Assembly (NCBI RefSeq): GCF_009914755.1
Contig: NC_060936.1
Length of the DNA stretch: 64,000 nt
Origin: the human T2T-CHM13v2.0 reference genome, Homo sapiens
Direction: 5' to 3' (one strand)
The notes below the pieces were generated by a model, which searched no databases, had not been told where the DNA came from, and saw nothing but the letters and a program-made list of their open reading frames with translations. This document shows positions 1-13,635 of the stretch, in pieces (positions within the stretch are counted from its first letter, which is position 1; the number at the start of each line of letters is the position of its first letter). The translations under genes and the position numbers were made by a program.

Positions 1-155
1 AGTAGCTGGGCATGGTGGCATGTGCGTGTAGTCCCAGCTACCAAGGAGGCTGAGGCACGAGAATAGCTTGAACCTGGGAGGTTGCAGTGAGCCGAGATTG
101 CGCCACTGCACTCCAGCCTAAGCAACAAAGTGAGACTCCATCTTAAAAAAAAAAA
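1..155 (+). mobile_element. Alu right arm with A-tail (truncated by window start)
   Basis: tgtagtcccagctac...gaggttgcagtgagccgagattgcgccactgcactccagcc...A-tail. Confidence 0.92.
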
Positions 156-597
156 ATTCAGTTCTGTGTTCTGCATCAACCAGAATAAGCTACGCCTCTT
201 ATAAAAAGCAAATGTGCACAAACCATCTGTGAGGACATAAGGATTAAATGCTTGCTTACTTTGAGTATTAAAATAAAAAGTAGAAGCTTTATTATATGAG
301 TAAAAGTGTTTCCAAAGTCTATTTGAAATGCAGGTACAGAATGAAAATCTGTTATTTTATTAAATCGTTATTTGGGTCTCTTTTTATTCCACAAAAAAAA
401 AATCTTTTCCACATCTCTTAGTGGAGATCAAGTTAACAAAATTAGCTTTAATTTTGTGATAAGTAAATTTACATAAATATAGGATTATGGAGATAATATT
501 TTTCTTTGCAATGTCTGGACCTTTTATAAACATTGAGAGGAAATATAACCATTCTTACTTATTTAGTATGCTAGCATGATGTTTTTTAATGTTTTAG

Positions 598-698
598 ATC
601 CAGTTAAAGAATATGGTTGTGCCCCATGGCCTATGGTTGAGAAATTAATTAAACAGTGTTTGAAAGAAAATCCTCAAGAAAGGCCTACTTCTGCCCAG
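598..698 (+). CDS. LRRK2: LRRK2 exon 43 (C-lobe of kinase domain)
   Basis: ttttag|ATCCAGTT...GCCCAG|gtattc; 101 nt; translates (D)PVKEYGCAPWPMVEKLIKQCLKENPQERPTSAQ, matching LRRK2; phase joins the next exon. Confidence 0.97.
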
Positions 699-1694
699 GT
701 ATTCTTAAAGTTTTGTTAATATTTTGTACAGAACATCATTTGCATATATGCATATATATATAATCTTCAAATATATATACTTAAACACATAAACACACAG
801 AGACAGAATTAAAAATAGTTATAAGGCAAACCTCCTATAATTTTCACCATCCCAGGCACAAAAAAAGGACATTGCCAAAACCTCACATGCTCCCATATGC
901 CTGTCTCCTCTTCTCTTCTTTGAAATGCCTGCCCATTATTTTGCCCATTTTTCTGTTGACTCTTTTGCCTACAAATCAAATCAGAAAAAAATTTTTATAT
1001 ATAACATACTAATCCTTTCTTGGTTTTATATGTTGCAATTTCTTTTTCGAGCTGGTGGCTTGCTTTTTAAATTTCCTGTAGGGTGCCTGTTAATGAATGG
1101 AATTTCTTAATTTTAATATATATAAATTTAACAATTCTTCTTTTTCCTTCTTTTCCTGGTTATTCCTATTTGGTCCTGTTGTAGAGCCCATCTTTCTTTT
1201 AGAGCTACAAAAATATTTACCTGCAATTTCTTCAAACATTTTAAAAGTTTGCTTTTGACAAGTTTTTAATCCATTGGAATTGACATTTTTATCTGTATCC
1301 CATTCCTTTTTTTAATGTGGAAGACTAATTTTTTCAGGTTGATTTACTAAATGGCTTCTCCCCTTTTGTCCCATAGATCTGATGTGTCCATTTTGTAATT
1401 TATTAAAGATAATGTGCATATCCACGTGTACACTGTCTTCCACTGATCAACTCATTTATTTTTCCTCCAGTATTACCCTGTCTTAATTCCTGTAGCTTTA
1501 TAATGATCTCCTCTCCCTATTTATTTTTCTCATCCAGGAATATTTTAACCAGTCTTAGGCTTAGCTTTTCTATATAAAATTTAGAATCATGCTGTCAAAT
1601 CTTATGAAAAACCACATTGTCGTTTGGATTGGTCTTGGATTGAATATGTTGACAATCTGGAGATGATATCCTTATGATATTAAGTCTTTGTATT

Positions 1695-1983
1695 CTTTTT
1701 ATTTATTTATTTATTTAGAGGCAGGGTCTCACTCTGTCACCCAGGCTGGAGTGCAGTGGCAGGATCACAGCTCAATGCAGCTTTGACCTCCTGGGCTCAA
1801 GTGATCCTGTCGCCTCAGTCTCCATCAGCCAATTGTGTGCCACCAGACCTGGTTAACTTTTCCTTTAATTTTTTTTGTAGAGAAAGGGTCTCACTCTGTT
1901 GCCCAGGCTGGTCTTGAACTCCTGGCCTCAAGCAATCCTCCCGCCTAGGCCTCCCAAAGTGCATGAGCAACTGCACCTGGCCA
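1695..1983 (-). mobile_element. AluJ-like element
   Basis: (TTTA)n tail then gggtctcactctgtcacccaggctggagtgcagtggc...ctcctgggctcaagtgatcc (J-type diagnostics). Confidence 0.88.
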
Positions 1984-3717
1984 AGTCTTCCTATTCTGGA
2001 ATGGCATGAATTCTCTCTGTTTACTTAGGTCTTCTCAAGCGTCTTTCAATAAAGTTTTGTAATGCTACATACAGGTCTTGCATATCTTTTGCTGGATTTT
2101 CTTGCTGCAAATTGCTTTAAATGCAGTTCATGGCTTGAGATTTGTTTTTTAACTGCCCAGTTAATGTAAATCTGGTCTATGAATTGTATTGACAACAAGC
2201 TTGTGAATAGCAATTTTTCAGCAACCTTTTGCTCCCTCTCCCCGCTCCCTGCACAGTCCCAGAACAACTTTCCTTATATACCAATGAAGGTGGAAATGTG
2301 GACAGGTTGATTTCTCCTTCTTGTTTATGCTGAATATGCAGTCCTTTGGGGTCCCAGCTTTATAGGTACAGTCCCTTTACTAAGACTGTCTATCTTGGGA
2401 AGGCCCTAGACTCCAACTTCTCTCCCATGGGCCCCACAAAGCATCCAAGAGTATACATTTATTTTATCTCACTTTGTCTTGGCAGACAAATGTCTTCAGG
2501 GCAAGTCTGGCTTTAGGGGTCAACTGACCTCTCTGGTTTCTGTCTCTCACTGTGATTTCAGCCTGATAATTCCTTATGGTGTCAGATCTTCAATGTTTTT
2601 AATACATTGTTTTTAAAAAAATCATTTAGCATTTTAAATTGTTTTTAGTTGGAAGATTTGCCCAAGTAACCTTGTCCACCATATTATCTGAAAGAGAACT
2701 CTTGTCATGTTTTACACTGATACACATTTTAATAAATGTGGGTTATCTTTATGTTGTGAGCTCTTGATTTTGTATTATAATTAATTGGAAAAGTTTTAAC
2801 TTTAAGTATTCTGATCAAAATAGTCAAGTACAACTATAATGACTTTATCAAATATTACATAATTTTTTTTCTACTTGGTTTACTTGTTTTTTAATTTAGG
2901 TTACCATCAATGTTAGTCACATGAACTTTTATATTTATGTCCACAGTAAAAATTTTTCATAGCTTGTTGTTTTTCTTTCTTGTTTTTTCATTTTCAATTA
3001 TACTTCACCTATACTTAACAGAATACTTAACAAATATGTATATATATGACAATATTAAAAAGCTTAGACATACTTATTTTATGTTTAAAATATAACATAT
3101 ACTAGGCAAGACAGGAAAACTCATCACTTTTATGAAATGAGGCACAGACAGCGTAATGGGCTTTCTTGGTGTCTCCTGAGTGGCAGGCAGGTGGCCATGT
3201 CACAGCTCTAATCCCAGTTTCCTGACTTCTGGTTCTGTTTTCTTACGGTGCCTTCACACTGTCTCTCCAGATCAAAAACAGAATCTAGAGATGACTTCTA
3301 AATTTTGTTACCAAAGACTGAAATTCCTGTTCCTTTCAACTACTAGAAGCTCAACTAAATTGTTGGCCCAAGGGTTTTTCTCTCACTGGCGGTGGCTCTG
3401 CAATATAGAATTGCATGCAGAGTACCTCCTGACTCCGCTAAAATCCTGTTTAATTGACCCTTGAGATTTTCTTTTCAAGTTAAAAAAAATACTACACATA
3501 CCAAAGAGTATCAAGCACAGTTTAAAAATACATATTTGTCTTTTCATGTAATTTTATCTGTAGTTTAGATTACTAATCTTGGTGATCTAGTTGGGTTCCA
3601 GTTTAACAGTTTTAGGTTTTGCTTGACAGAGCTATAACACTTCAGTCTATATTTGATTTTTCAAGGGAAATGAGTTAACTCGATAAGTACTGTTTTGTTA
3701 TCTTTAAACTTTCTCAG

Positions 3718-3912
3718 GTCTTTGACATTTTGAATTCAGCTGAATTAGTCTGTCTGACGAGACGCATTTTATTACCTAAAAACGTAATTGTTGAATGCAT
3801 GGTTGCTACACATCACAACAGCAGGAATGCAAGCATTTGGCTGGGCTGTGGGCACACCGACAGAGGACAGCTCTCATTTCTTGACTTAAATACTGAAGGA
3901 TACACTTCTGAG
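3718..3912 (+). CDS. LRRK2: LRRK2 exon 44 (kinase end / WD40 start)
   Basis: tctcag|GTC...GAG|gtaaat; 195 nt; VFDILNSAELVCLTRRILLPKNVIVECMVATHHNSRNASIWLGCGHTDRGQLSFLDLNTEGYTSE (ORF track 3730..3933). Confidence 0.97.
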
Positions 3913-4084
3913 GTAAATCCAAATGCTCTTTAAATCTTTCATAATTTAAAGCATATACCATTTGGAAAGTTACTTAGGAATAAATTAAATAAGAGCCAAT
4001 GTAGGATTATTATTCAATTAGCCTTCTGTTAGAACAAGAGTATTCAAGAGCAAATGTGTTTTGCTTTAGAATCACAGCATATGT

Positions 4085-4500
4085 CTTAGCTCAGGGTCCC
4101 TAGAAACAGAGCCTGAGATGGGTTATCTTGCACAAGTGATTTAAGGAAAGAGAATCTTAGAGAGAAGTAGAGGAAGCCAGAAAGGGCAGAGGAAAAAGCT
4201 CAGCAGAAATGTGGCTTCTGAAGAGGTCCAGCCTCAGTCTCTGCCCACAAGGAGCTCTGGAATATGAATAGGAGCACACAATTTTCCCACCGCCAGGCAA
4301 GGGAGCCAGTCTTTCATTCTCACATATTGTTTAGTCATTGGCTGCAATCTGCTGGGAGGTGGGGGTAGTGTAACTTTCAAGGCATTTCTGGGCAAGCTGC
4401 CTCCTGTCATCTGAGGTATTCTGTGATAAATAGCACATCTCTGAACTATAGTAGCCAACACTCAGGGTAGCTGGGGATGGCGTACCTGATGGATAAAGGA
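4085..4500. mobile_element. Old MaLR (MLT1-like) LTR remnant
   Basis: gtcttagctcagggtccctagaaacagagcctgagatgg...tgcacaagtgattta resembles MLT1 termini; boundaries uncertain. Confidence 0.45.
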
Positions 4501-4647
4501 GATCTGGACATGGCTCCTAAAAGTGGATCAATACATTGTGTTGGCAAATATAAGATAAGTTTCTAGACTTCAAAGACAACCTAGTATTTTGACTGCTGCC
4601 TGAAGATAAATATTGTGCCTCAACATTAGTTCTGAGGTTAAACAATC

Positions 4648-6181
4648 TTTTTTTTTTTTTTTTTTTTTTTTAATTGATCATTCTTGGGTGTTTCTCGCAG
4701 AGGGGGATTTGGCAGGGTCATAGGACAATAATGGAGGGAAGGTCAGCAGATAAACAAGTGAACAAAGGTCTCTGGTTTTCCTAGGCAGAGGACCCTGCGG
4801 CCTTCCGTAGTGTTTGTGTCCCTGGGTACTTGAGATTAGGGAGTGGTGATGACTCTTAACGAGCATGCTGCCTTCAAGCATCTGTTTAACAAAGCACAGC
4901 TTGCACCGCCCTTAATCCATTTAACCCTGAGTGGACACAGCACATGTTTCAGAGAGCACCGGGTTGGGGGCAAGGTCATAGATCAACAGCATCCCAAGGC
5001 AGAAGAATTTTTCTTAGTACAGAACAAAATGGAGTCTCCTATGTCTACTTCTTTCTACACAGACATAGCAACAATCTGATTTCTGTATCTTTTCCCCACA
5101 TTTCCCCCTTTTCTACTCGACAAAACCGCCAACGTCATCATGGCCTGTTCTCAATGAGCTGCTGGGTACACCTCCCAGACGGGGTGGCAGCCGGGCAGAG
5201 GGGCTCCTCACTTCCCAGAAGGGGCGGCCGGGCAGAGGTGCCCCCCACCTCCCAGATGGGGCGGCGGCCGGACGGGGGCTGCCCCCCACCTCCCGGATGG
5301 GGCGGCTGCCCAGCGGAGACGCTCCTCACTTCCCAGACGGGGCGGCTGCCGGGCGGAGGGGCTCCTCACTTCTCCGATGGGGCGGCTGCTGGGCGGAGGG
5401 GCTCCTCATTTCTCAGATGGGGCAGCTGCCAGGCGGAGGGGCTCCTCACTTCTCAGACAGGGCGGCCAGGCAGAGATGCTCCTCACCTCCCAGACGGGGT
5501 TGCGGCCGGGCATAGGCTCTCCTCACATCCCAGACGGGGCGGCAGGGCAGAGGCGCTCCCCACATCTCAGACAATGGGCGGCCGGGCAGAGACGCTCATC
5601 ACTTCCTAGACGGGATGGCGGCCGGGAAGAGGCGCTCCTCATTTCCCAGACTGGGCAGCCGGGCAGAGGGGCTCCTCACATCCCAGACGATGGGCGGCCA
5701 GGCAGAGACGCTCCTCACTTCCCAGACGGGGTGGCGGCCGGGCAGAGGCTGCAATCTCGGCACTTTGGGAGGCCAAGGCAGGCGGCTGGGAGGTGGAGGT
5801 TGTAGGTAGCAAAGATCACGCCACTGCACTCCAGCCTGGGCAACTTTGAGCACTGAGTGAACGAGACTCCGTCTGCAATCCCCGCACCTCGGGAGGCCGA
5901 GGCTGGCAGATCACTCGCGGTTAGGAGCTGGAGACCAGCCCGGCCAACACAGCGAAACCCCGTCTCCACCAAAAAAATATGAAAACCAGTCAGGCGTGGC
6001 GGCGCACGCCTGCAATGGCAGGCACTCTGCAGGCTGAGGCAGGAGAATCAGGCAGGGAGGTTGCAGTGAGCCGAGATGGCAGCAGTACAGCCCAGCTTCG
6101 GCTCGGCATCAGAGGGAGACCGTGGAAAGAGAGGGAGAGGGAGACCATGGGGAGAGGGAGACGGAGAGGGAGAGGGAGAGG
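4648..6181 (-). mobile_element. Full-length SVA retrotransposon, antisense in LRRK2 intron 44
   Basis: poly-T 4648-4671, SINE-R (attgatcattcttgggtgtttctcgcagaggggg...) to ~5160, GC-rich VNTR ~5160-5750, Alu-like ~5750-6110, (AGAGGG)n hexamer 6111-6181; TSD AACAATCTT at 4641-4649 and 6182-6190. Confidence 0.96.
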
Positions 6182-6449
6182 AACAATCTTCTTATATGGT
6201 TTGAAGGAATGAGAATTCACACTGAAAAATAATTTTTAATTTTAGTTTCAGATGTCATCTTGATAGGCAAAACTTGTTTGCCAATTAACTCATTTATTGC
6301 TGAAAATTAAATAAAATTGGCATTGTTTTTAAAAGTAATGCAAGAAAGCAAAAAGAGTTATGTTGATAACAGAATCCTTTATTCTGTACAAGTTCTAGTT
6401 GCTTAAGCTTAAATCAAATCCTGCTAAGTATATTTTCTTTTCTTAACAG

Positions 6450-6643
6450 GAAGTTGCTGATAGTAGAATATTGTGCTTAGCCTTGGTGCATCTTCCTGTT
6501 GAAAAGGAAAGCTGGATTGTGTCTGGGACACAGTCTGGTACTCTCCTGGTCATCAATACCGAAGATGGGAAAAAGAGACATACCCTAGAAAAGATGACTG
6601 ATTCTGTCACTTGTTTGTATTGCAATTCCTTTTCCAAGCAAAG
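6450..6643 (+). CDS. LRRK2: LRRK2 exon 45 (WD40)
   Basis: taacag|GAA...CAAAG|gtatgg; 194 nt; EVADSRILCLALVHLPVEKESWIVSGTQSGTLLVINTEDGKKRHTLEKMTDSVTCLYCNSFSKQ. Confidence 0.97.
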
Positions 6644-7626
6644 GTATGGTAGTGAATTTGATCAATGGGGAAATTACAGATCTTTTAAACGACTGAATTG
6701 TGTGCATAATTGTTATTGCATCAGCAAAGATTGTTCATTTTTAACCTATTTTCATTGGTTTGCATATATTAAAGGGAATTGTGGAAGGTCACAGAGATAT
6801 TTGTTGTTTTTCTGAATACAGATCTAGCTGAGACATTTATAAAATAAGTCAACCATTTATTCAGGCCTACCAGCCCTGCTCCTGGTATTACCTCAGCTGT
6901 GGCTCTATCTCTTTACTTCTCCTCAGATCAATGAATCTTTGTAGGGCCTCTTCAAGGATAAATTCTCATTCATTCATTCTTTGAAAATATATATATATCT
7001 GAAACCCATTGTGTGCCAGGCTTAAACATACCAGTTATCTAACTACCAAATTAAGAAAAAAATTAAATAAATGAATTAATAAATTCTTAATAGGTGAAAA
7101 TGACTTAGCTCTTATCAATTGCAGGGTTCTTGTCCCAAAGAAATATATCTACATAGCAAAATTTCAGGTGTGAGTTGTAGGTTGGTGACTGTAATATTTG
7201 GGGCAGGATGATTTCCAGGAGGCATTAAGATTATACCCTATATATTTCTCTGGTTTAAGTTAGTATTGGAAAAAAAGTACTAGAAAAATGTGAAGCCTGT
7301 TTTTTGTACCTGAAATATCAACTCCACTGGCAGTTTCGGAGTTGAAATTATTTGAATATGGTCAAAGAAAAATTTCAATGGATGGAATTGGGCAAGGACG
7401 ACTTTATTCAAGCCTATCACAGCAGGGGAGAGAGATCAGACTGAACTAAACTCCACTGAAACAAAAGGTGGGAGAGTTTTAAGCGCAGGGGTGAGCTAAT
7501 GGAAACATACTGGAGCACCTTGTTGGAAGGAGGTGGGAGCAGTTGTCAATGTCATTAGGCCATCTGTGTTTGCTAATTGTCCCTTATTGAAGGTAGGCTC
7601 CTACTCTCCCACAGACACTGGGGAAT

Positions 7627-7696
7627 TCCTTCCTTCCTTCCATCCCTCCCTCCCTCCCTCCCTCCCTCCCTCCCTTCCTTCCTTCCTTCCTTCTTC

Positions 7697-7697
<1 letters not shown>
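7627..7697. repeat. (CCTT)n/(CCCT)n pyrimidine microsatellite attached to an Alu tail
   Basis: tccttccttccttccatccctccctccc...ttccttcttc read directly. Confidence 0.9.
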
Positions 7698-7997
<300 letters not shown>

Positions 7998-8261
7998 TGA
8001 TAATTACATTTCAAAGGAATGGCTCCCAGGTCCTTGGAAAAGACATTCTTGGGGTATAAAACTGGGAAGAGTCTGGGAAAAGGGGCAGAGAAAGAATTTA
8101 TAATTCCAAGTCTTCTAAAGTAAATACTCTAAGAAAAGGGAGGTTAGGAATTTATAGTTGAGAAGTCTATCTAAAGTTTAATAAAGTGGAGGAGAACATT
8201 AAGGCCATTTTAGTCAACATACATGTTCTTTTTGTAACAATTTCAACATTTTTCCTTTTAG

Positions 8262-8334
8262 CAAACAAAAAAATTTTCTTTTGGTTGGAACCGCTGATGG
8301 CAAGTTAGCAATTTTTGAAGATAAGACTGTTAAG
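8262..8334 (+). CDS. LRRK2: LRRK2 exon 46 (WD40)
   Basis: ttttag|CAAAC...TTAAG|gtaaat; 73 nt; (S)KQKNFLLVGTADGKLAIFEDKTVK; frame continuous with exons 45 and 47. Confidence 0.96.
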
Positions 8335-8957
8335 GTAAATGTTGAATGCATTCTACATCTAAATTTATTTTAAGTCTTTTGTTTTATATATATCTCACAC
8401 CCCTCTTATGGGATTATAAACTCCCTGAGAGCAAGAATCATAAATTATGCTGTATTTGTATTGCTTCATAAAATCTTGAACACAGTAGATCCTCTGAAAA
8501 TACTTGCTGATTGACTGTATATTTTATATGAATGAACTAAGAATAAAATGATAAATGACATCTGATTGATAATATTGGGAATGGAAATAATTCAATTTGT
8601 ACATAACTGAGGCAGATAATTCCTTATAAATATATTGTGGAAAAAAACAAAAATATACTTAAGTTTTAAATATGGCTTGCCATTAACTTTTTCTTAAGCA
8701 TTGAAGAAATCATTTAATTTTCTTTTCTTCAGATTCCTATTTAGTCATTAAAGCATTCATTTCTCTATCCATCTATTCATCTTTGGTTCCATCTATTCAC
8801 TCAACTTCCTACCCGTTCATTCTCCTATTGCCAAAAAGCTTATTATCTGATGAGAGACAGGGAAGTAGAGTATAACCCTTAGGTTATTTCTTATGTAATT
8901 TTTACATGGGAAAAAGAATAGATTGAATGTAACAATAATATTTCGAATATGACCTAA

Positions 8958-11275
8958 ATTTTTTTATGTATAATATTTGTACATATTTATGGGGTACATG
9001 TGATATGTTGTTACATGCATAGAATGTGTAATGATCAAGTCAGGGTATTTAGGATATCCATCACCATGAGCATTTATTTCTCTGTGCTGAGAACATTTCA
9101 AGTCTCCTAGTTATTTTGAAATGTTTTTAACTGTAGTCACTTTATTGTACTATTGAACATTAGGACTTATTCCTCCTATCTAACTGTATGTTTGTACCCG
9201 TTAACCAGCCTCCCTTCATCCTCCCCTTCTCCCACACACCCATATCCTCCCAAGCCTCTGGTAACTATCATTCTACTCTCTACCTCCATGAGATCAACTT
9301 TTTTAGCTCCCACATATGAGTGAGTACATGTGATATTTGTCTTTCTGTGCTTGGCTTATTTCACTTAACATAATGACCTCCAGTTCCATCCATGTTGCTG
9401 TATATGACATGATTTCATTCCTTTTTATGGTCAAATAGTATTCCGTTATGTAAATACACACATTTTCTTTATGCATTCATTCATTCATGGGTGCTTAGGT
9501 TGATTCCACTTTTTTTTAGCTATTGTGAATAGTGCTGCGATAAACATGGGGATATAGGAATCCCTTTGATATACTGATTCCCTTTCCTTTAGATTAGTAT
9601 CAGTAGTAACATTGTTGGATTGTATGGTAGTTCTATTTTTAATTTTTTTGAGAAATCACCATTTTGTTTTCCGTAGTGGCTATAGCAATTTACATACACA
9701 CCAATAGCATATGGGCATTCGTTTTTTTCCGCATCCTTGCCAGCATGTTATTTTTTGTCTTTTTTATAATAGCCATTCTAATTGGGTGAAGAAGATTTCA
9801 TTGTGGTTTTCATTTGCATTTTTACTGATGATTAGTTAATGTTGAGCATTTTTTTTCATATATCCATTGGCCATTACTATGTCTTCTTTTGCAAATGTCT
9901 ATTTAGATCCTTTGCCAACTTTTTGTTTTGTTTTAAGACAGGGTCTTGCTTTCTTACCCAGGCTGGCTCACAGTGGCATGATCATAGCTTGTTGCAGCCT
10001 TGACCTTCTGCACTCAAGTGATCCTCCAACATCAGCTTCACGAGTAGCTGGGACTACAGGCGTGTGCTACCATACCTGGCTGTTTATTTTTTGTAGAGAT
10101 GCGGCTCCACTGTGTTGTCCAGACTGATCTCAAACTCCTGGGCTCAAGCAATCCTCCTGCCTCATCTTCTCAAAGTGCTGGGATTACAGGCATGAGCCAC
10201 CATACCCAGCCCTTTGCCTACTTTTAAATGGAGTTCTTTTTTTTTTTTCCTGTTGAATTGCTTTTTCGAGTTTCTTGTGTATTCTGGATGAATAGTTTGC
10301 AAATATTTCCTCACATTTAACGGATCCTCTCTATATTGTTGATAGTTTCCTTTGCTGTGCAGAAGCTTTTTAGTTTATTATAGTCCCATTTGTCTAATTT
10401 TGTTTTTGTTGCCTGTGCTTTTGGGATCTTAACCATAAACTCTTTGTCTAGACCAATGTTCTGAAATGTTTCCCCTGTTTCCTTTTAATAGTTTCATAGC
10501 TTCTGGTCTTACATTTAAGTCTTTAATCCATCTTGAGTTGAATTTTGTAAATGGTGAGAGAGTGGGGCCTACTTTCATCCTTCTGCATACTGATATCCAG
10601 CTTTTCCAGCACAATTTATTGAAGGTGGTATTCTTTCTCCCATGTATGCTTTTGGTGCCTTTGTTGAAAATTAGTTGGCTTTAAATATGTGGGTTTATTT
10701 CTGGGTCCTCTACATTGGTCTACCTACCTGTGTTTTTGCCAATACTGTGCTGTTTTGGTTACTCTAGCCTTGTAATATATTTTCAAGTCAGGTAGTGTGA
10801 TGCCTCCAGCTTTGTTCTTTTTGCTCAGGATTGTTTTGGCTATTTTGGCTCTTTTTCGGTTCCACTCAAGTTTTAGAAATTTTTTTTCTATTTCTGTGAG
10901 AAATATCATTGGAGCTTTCATGGGAATTTCATTGAATCTGTAGTTTGCTTTGGGTAGTATGGTCATTTTAACAATATTAATTCTTCCAGTCTGTGAGCAT
11001 GAATATCTTTCCATTTGTTTGTGTCCTCTTCAATTTCTTTCATGTTTTTCAGGTTTCCTTATAGAGATCGTTCATCATCTTTGTTAAATTTACTCCTAGG
11101 TATTTTATTAATTTTTTGTAGCTACTTCAAATGGGATTGCTTTCTTGATTTTTCAGCTACTTTGTTGTTGTTGTATAGATATGCTACTGATTTCTGTATG
11201 TTGATTTTGAATCCTTTACTATACTCATTTATCAGAACTAAGAGTTTTTTTTAATGGAATCTTTAGGTTTTTGAG
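8958..11275 (-). mobile_element. 5'-truncated L1 (L1MA-like 3' end plus ORF2 remnant) in intron 46
   Basis: L1MA-type 3' end (tatttatggggtacatgtg...); minus-strand ORFs 10724..11014 ([19 protein letters not shown]...[19 protein letters not shown]) and 10429..10614 are L1 ORF2 homologues. Confidence 0.9.
9924..10210 (-). mobile_element. AluJ nested in the L1
   Basis: Alu body flanked by TSD cctttgcc(a/t)actttt at ~9909-9923 and 10211-10225. Confidence 0.88.
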
Positions 11276-11400
11276 TTTTAATTTTAATATCTCTAATCAT
11301 TTAAGATGGAAAGTAGTTTTTTGAAAGCACAGATTTTATGGAGTTTTGTTCTGTGGATACTCAATTTGCTGAGTGTGTTTTCTTTTTTTTTTTGGCAAAG

Positions 11401-11585
11401 CTTAAAGGAGCTGCTCCTTTGAAGATACTAAATATAGGAAATGTCAGTACTCCATTGATGTGTTTGAGTGAATCCACAAATTCAACGGAAAGAAATGTAA
11501 TGTGGGGAGGATGTGGCACAAAGATTTTCTCCTTTTCTAATGATTTCACCATTCAGAAACTCATTGAGACAAGAACAAGCCAACT
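11401..11585 (+). CDS. LRRK2: LRRK2 exon 47 (WD40)
   Basis: poly-T...gcaaag|CTTAAA...CAACT|gtaagt; 185 nt; LKGAAPLKILNIGNVSTPLMCLSESTNSTERNVMWGGCGTKIFSFSNDFTIQKLIETRTSQ(L). Confidence 0.97.
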
Positions 11586-12479
11586 GTAAGTTATTTTTTA
11601 TCTGTACAAGTAATTTATCATTATACTTTTGTTTTTTCCTTGTAATCATTAATAATACTGTTGATAATTCATAAGGAAGATCTTTTAAAATGCATAATTT
11701 ATTTTCTATCATAAAATTAAACTTTCATTATAAAAAATTTTGAAAATTCCAGAAAGCAGAAGGGTATTTTTAAGAAGTCACTCAACCTAATCACTTTTAG
11801 GGATAAAATATGTAAACTCATTGTAATCTTAGTAGTATTTATCAATCTAAATTTTTTAACAATTTTTATTATCTGTGTTTCAAATTAGACATGAAATTGG
11901 AAGACAATCAACTTTGTATTTCACCAAATTCACGGACTATACATATGCAATTTGGGTAACTTCCATTAAGTATTGATTGTAGGAAAGATAGACAGCAAGT
12001 ATTCTTGCTTGTCCAAAGTTGTTTCTAGATTTGATAATTATACAGATGTCTACTCACAGCCAAGTTAGTGATACCAGTTTCAAACAAGAATAAAATAAAA
12101 TATTAATATAAACCTCTTTCAAGTTTGCTTTTTTTCAGTGGTATTTTAATCAAATCTTTGCAGTTGGTTCTTATTTATCACATTCCTCAGTGATAAGCAG
12201 TATAGGATTGTGGATAAGAGCATAAATCATAGTTCAGATATTGCTTTGCCATCTATTGGTTTTGTGAACTTGGGCAATAACCTTTCACATCTTCAGTCAT
12301 CTCTTACCTGAGGATTGTAATATTCTCTATCTCAAAGAGATATTTGGAGGAGTAAATAAGAATGTTAATATATGGATCTTAATTAACATAATGACCAGCA
12401 CCTGGTAAGCTGTCAATAAACATTAGCTATTATTATTATTATTAGCTTTGAGTCACAAATCCCTACCTTAGGGAATATC

Positions 12480-12950
12480 CTGGTTTCCCATTATCCATCA
12501 AATTTCCCAAGATTGGCACTTGGGAGTAATCTTTGACTCCTTTGTTTTTTGCTCCCTTTATCCACTTGACCCTCCTAATTGTCATTTGAATCTTTGTACT
12601 TCTCACTGTTCTCAGTGCTGGTACCATGGGCCAGACTGCCATCCATTATCTGTGGCCACATTAACAAGAGCATCCAGTTCTCACCCTCTGATTATACTCT
12701 CTTCAACATATTTTCAGCATTGCAGACAGAGGGACCTTTCTAAAATGTACGTCAATCTGATGCAATTTTCCTGCTTAAAACCCTTCAGTGGTATCCCATT
12801 GTCCTTTATATGAAGTCCAAATTCCTTAAGACAGCCTACTGGGCCCTTCATAATTCAGTGCTTGCTTACCTGTCTAGATTCATATTTTGCAAGCTTTTTG
12901 CCATCTGTGCTTTACCCAAACTGAAATTGACTCAGATCTCTAAGACAACC
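12480..12950 (-). mobile_element. L2 remnant
   Basis: ttgggagtaatctttgactcc...ctgcttaaaacccttcagtggtatcccattg...aagtccaaattcctta, typical L2 3' region. Confidence 0.65.
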
Positions 12951-13154
12951 TGTTATTACCTTTCACCCCCAACCTTTGAATGTGGTCTTCTCCTTACCTG
13001 GATGACTATTATGCCCCCTTCAGTCCAAACACCACTTGCTCTGAGTGGCAGGTTAGGTGACTTTGTGCTTCCATTGCATCTAATGTTTTCCTTCACAGTA
13101 GCTATAATTGTATGTGTTAAAGTAGTTTCTCAATACCACTAAATCTACTGGCTT

Positions 13155-13315
13155 TCAACATTGGCTGTGCATTTAGAAACCACTAGGTAGCTGAAAATAA
13201 TATGATACCTGGGCCCTACCTCAGACCAATTAAATCAGACCAGTTAAGCCTGGGATGGGGATCAGATTTTTTTTTTCAGGTTCTCAAGTGATTCTAAAGT
13301 ATATTTGAGGTTAAG
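13155..13315. mobile_element. MER5-like hAT DNA transposon remnant
   Basis: ttggctgtgcatttagaaaccact...cctgggccctacctcagaccaattaaatcaga...gtgattctaa. Confidence 0.6.
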
Positions 13316-13465
13316 ATATACTGCGGAGTGCAGTGTATTATAAGTTCCCATGAATGAGGATTTTTATTTCTGTCTTTATTTATTTACTAGTATGTGGTTA
13401 ACATTTGGATCAACTCATTCTCATTCTGTAATACCCACATTTTAAAAAATGAATGTAAAAATGTC

Positions 13466-13635
13466 TTTTATTATTTTTATTTTTCAAATTTAATTTTAGA
13501 TTCCAGGAATACATGTGCAGGTTTGTTACAAAAGTATAGTGCGTGATGCTGAGGTTTGGAATACAACTGAACTCACAACCCAGAAAGTGGGCATAGTGCT
13601 TGATAGGTAGTTTTTCATCTTTGCTCCCCTTCCTG
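13466..13635 (-). mobile_element. Short L1PA/L1PB 3'-end fragment
   Basis: T-rich tail, ttttagattccaggaatacatgtgcaggtttgttaca...gctgaggtttgg. Confidence 0.75.

Noticed and set aside
5160-5750. 35-50 bp repeats superficially like a CRISPR array
   Set aside because: Tandem degenerate SVA VNTR with no unique spacers; eukaryotic context, no cas genes
4678-6220. Cluster of long overlapping ORFs (up to 221 aa)
   Set aside because: All lie within the GC-rich SVA VNTR/Alu-like/SINE-R sequence; stop-poor repeats, not genes
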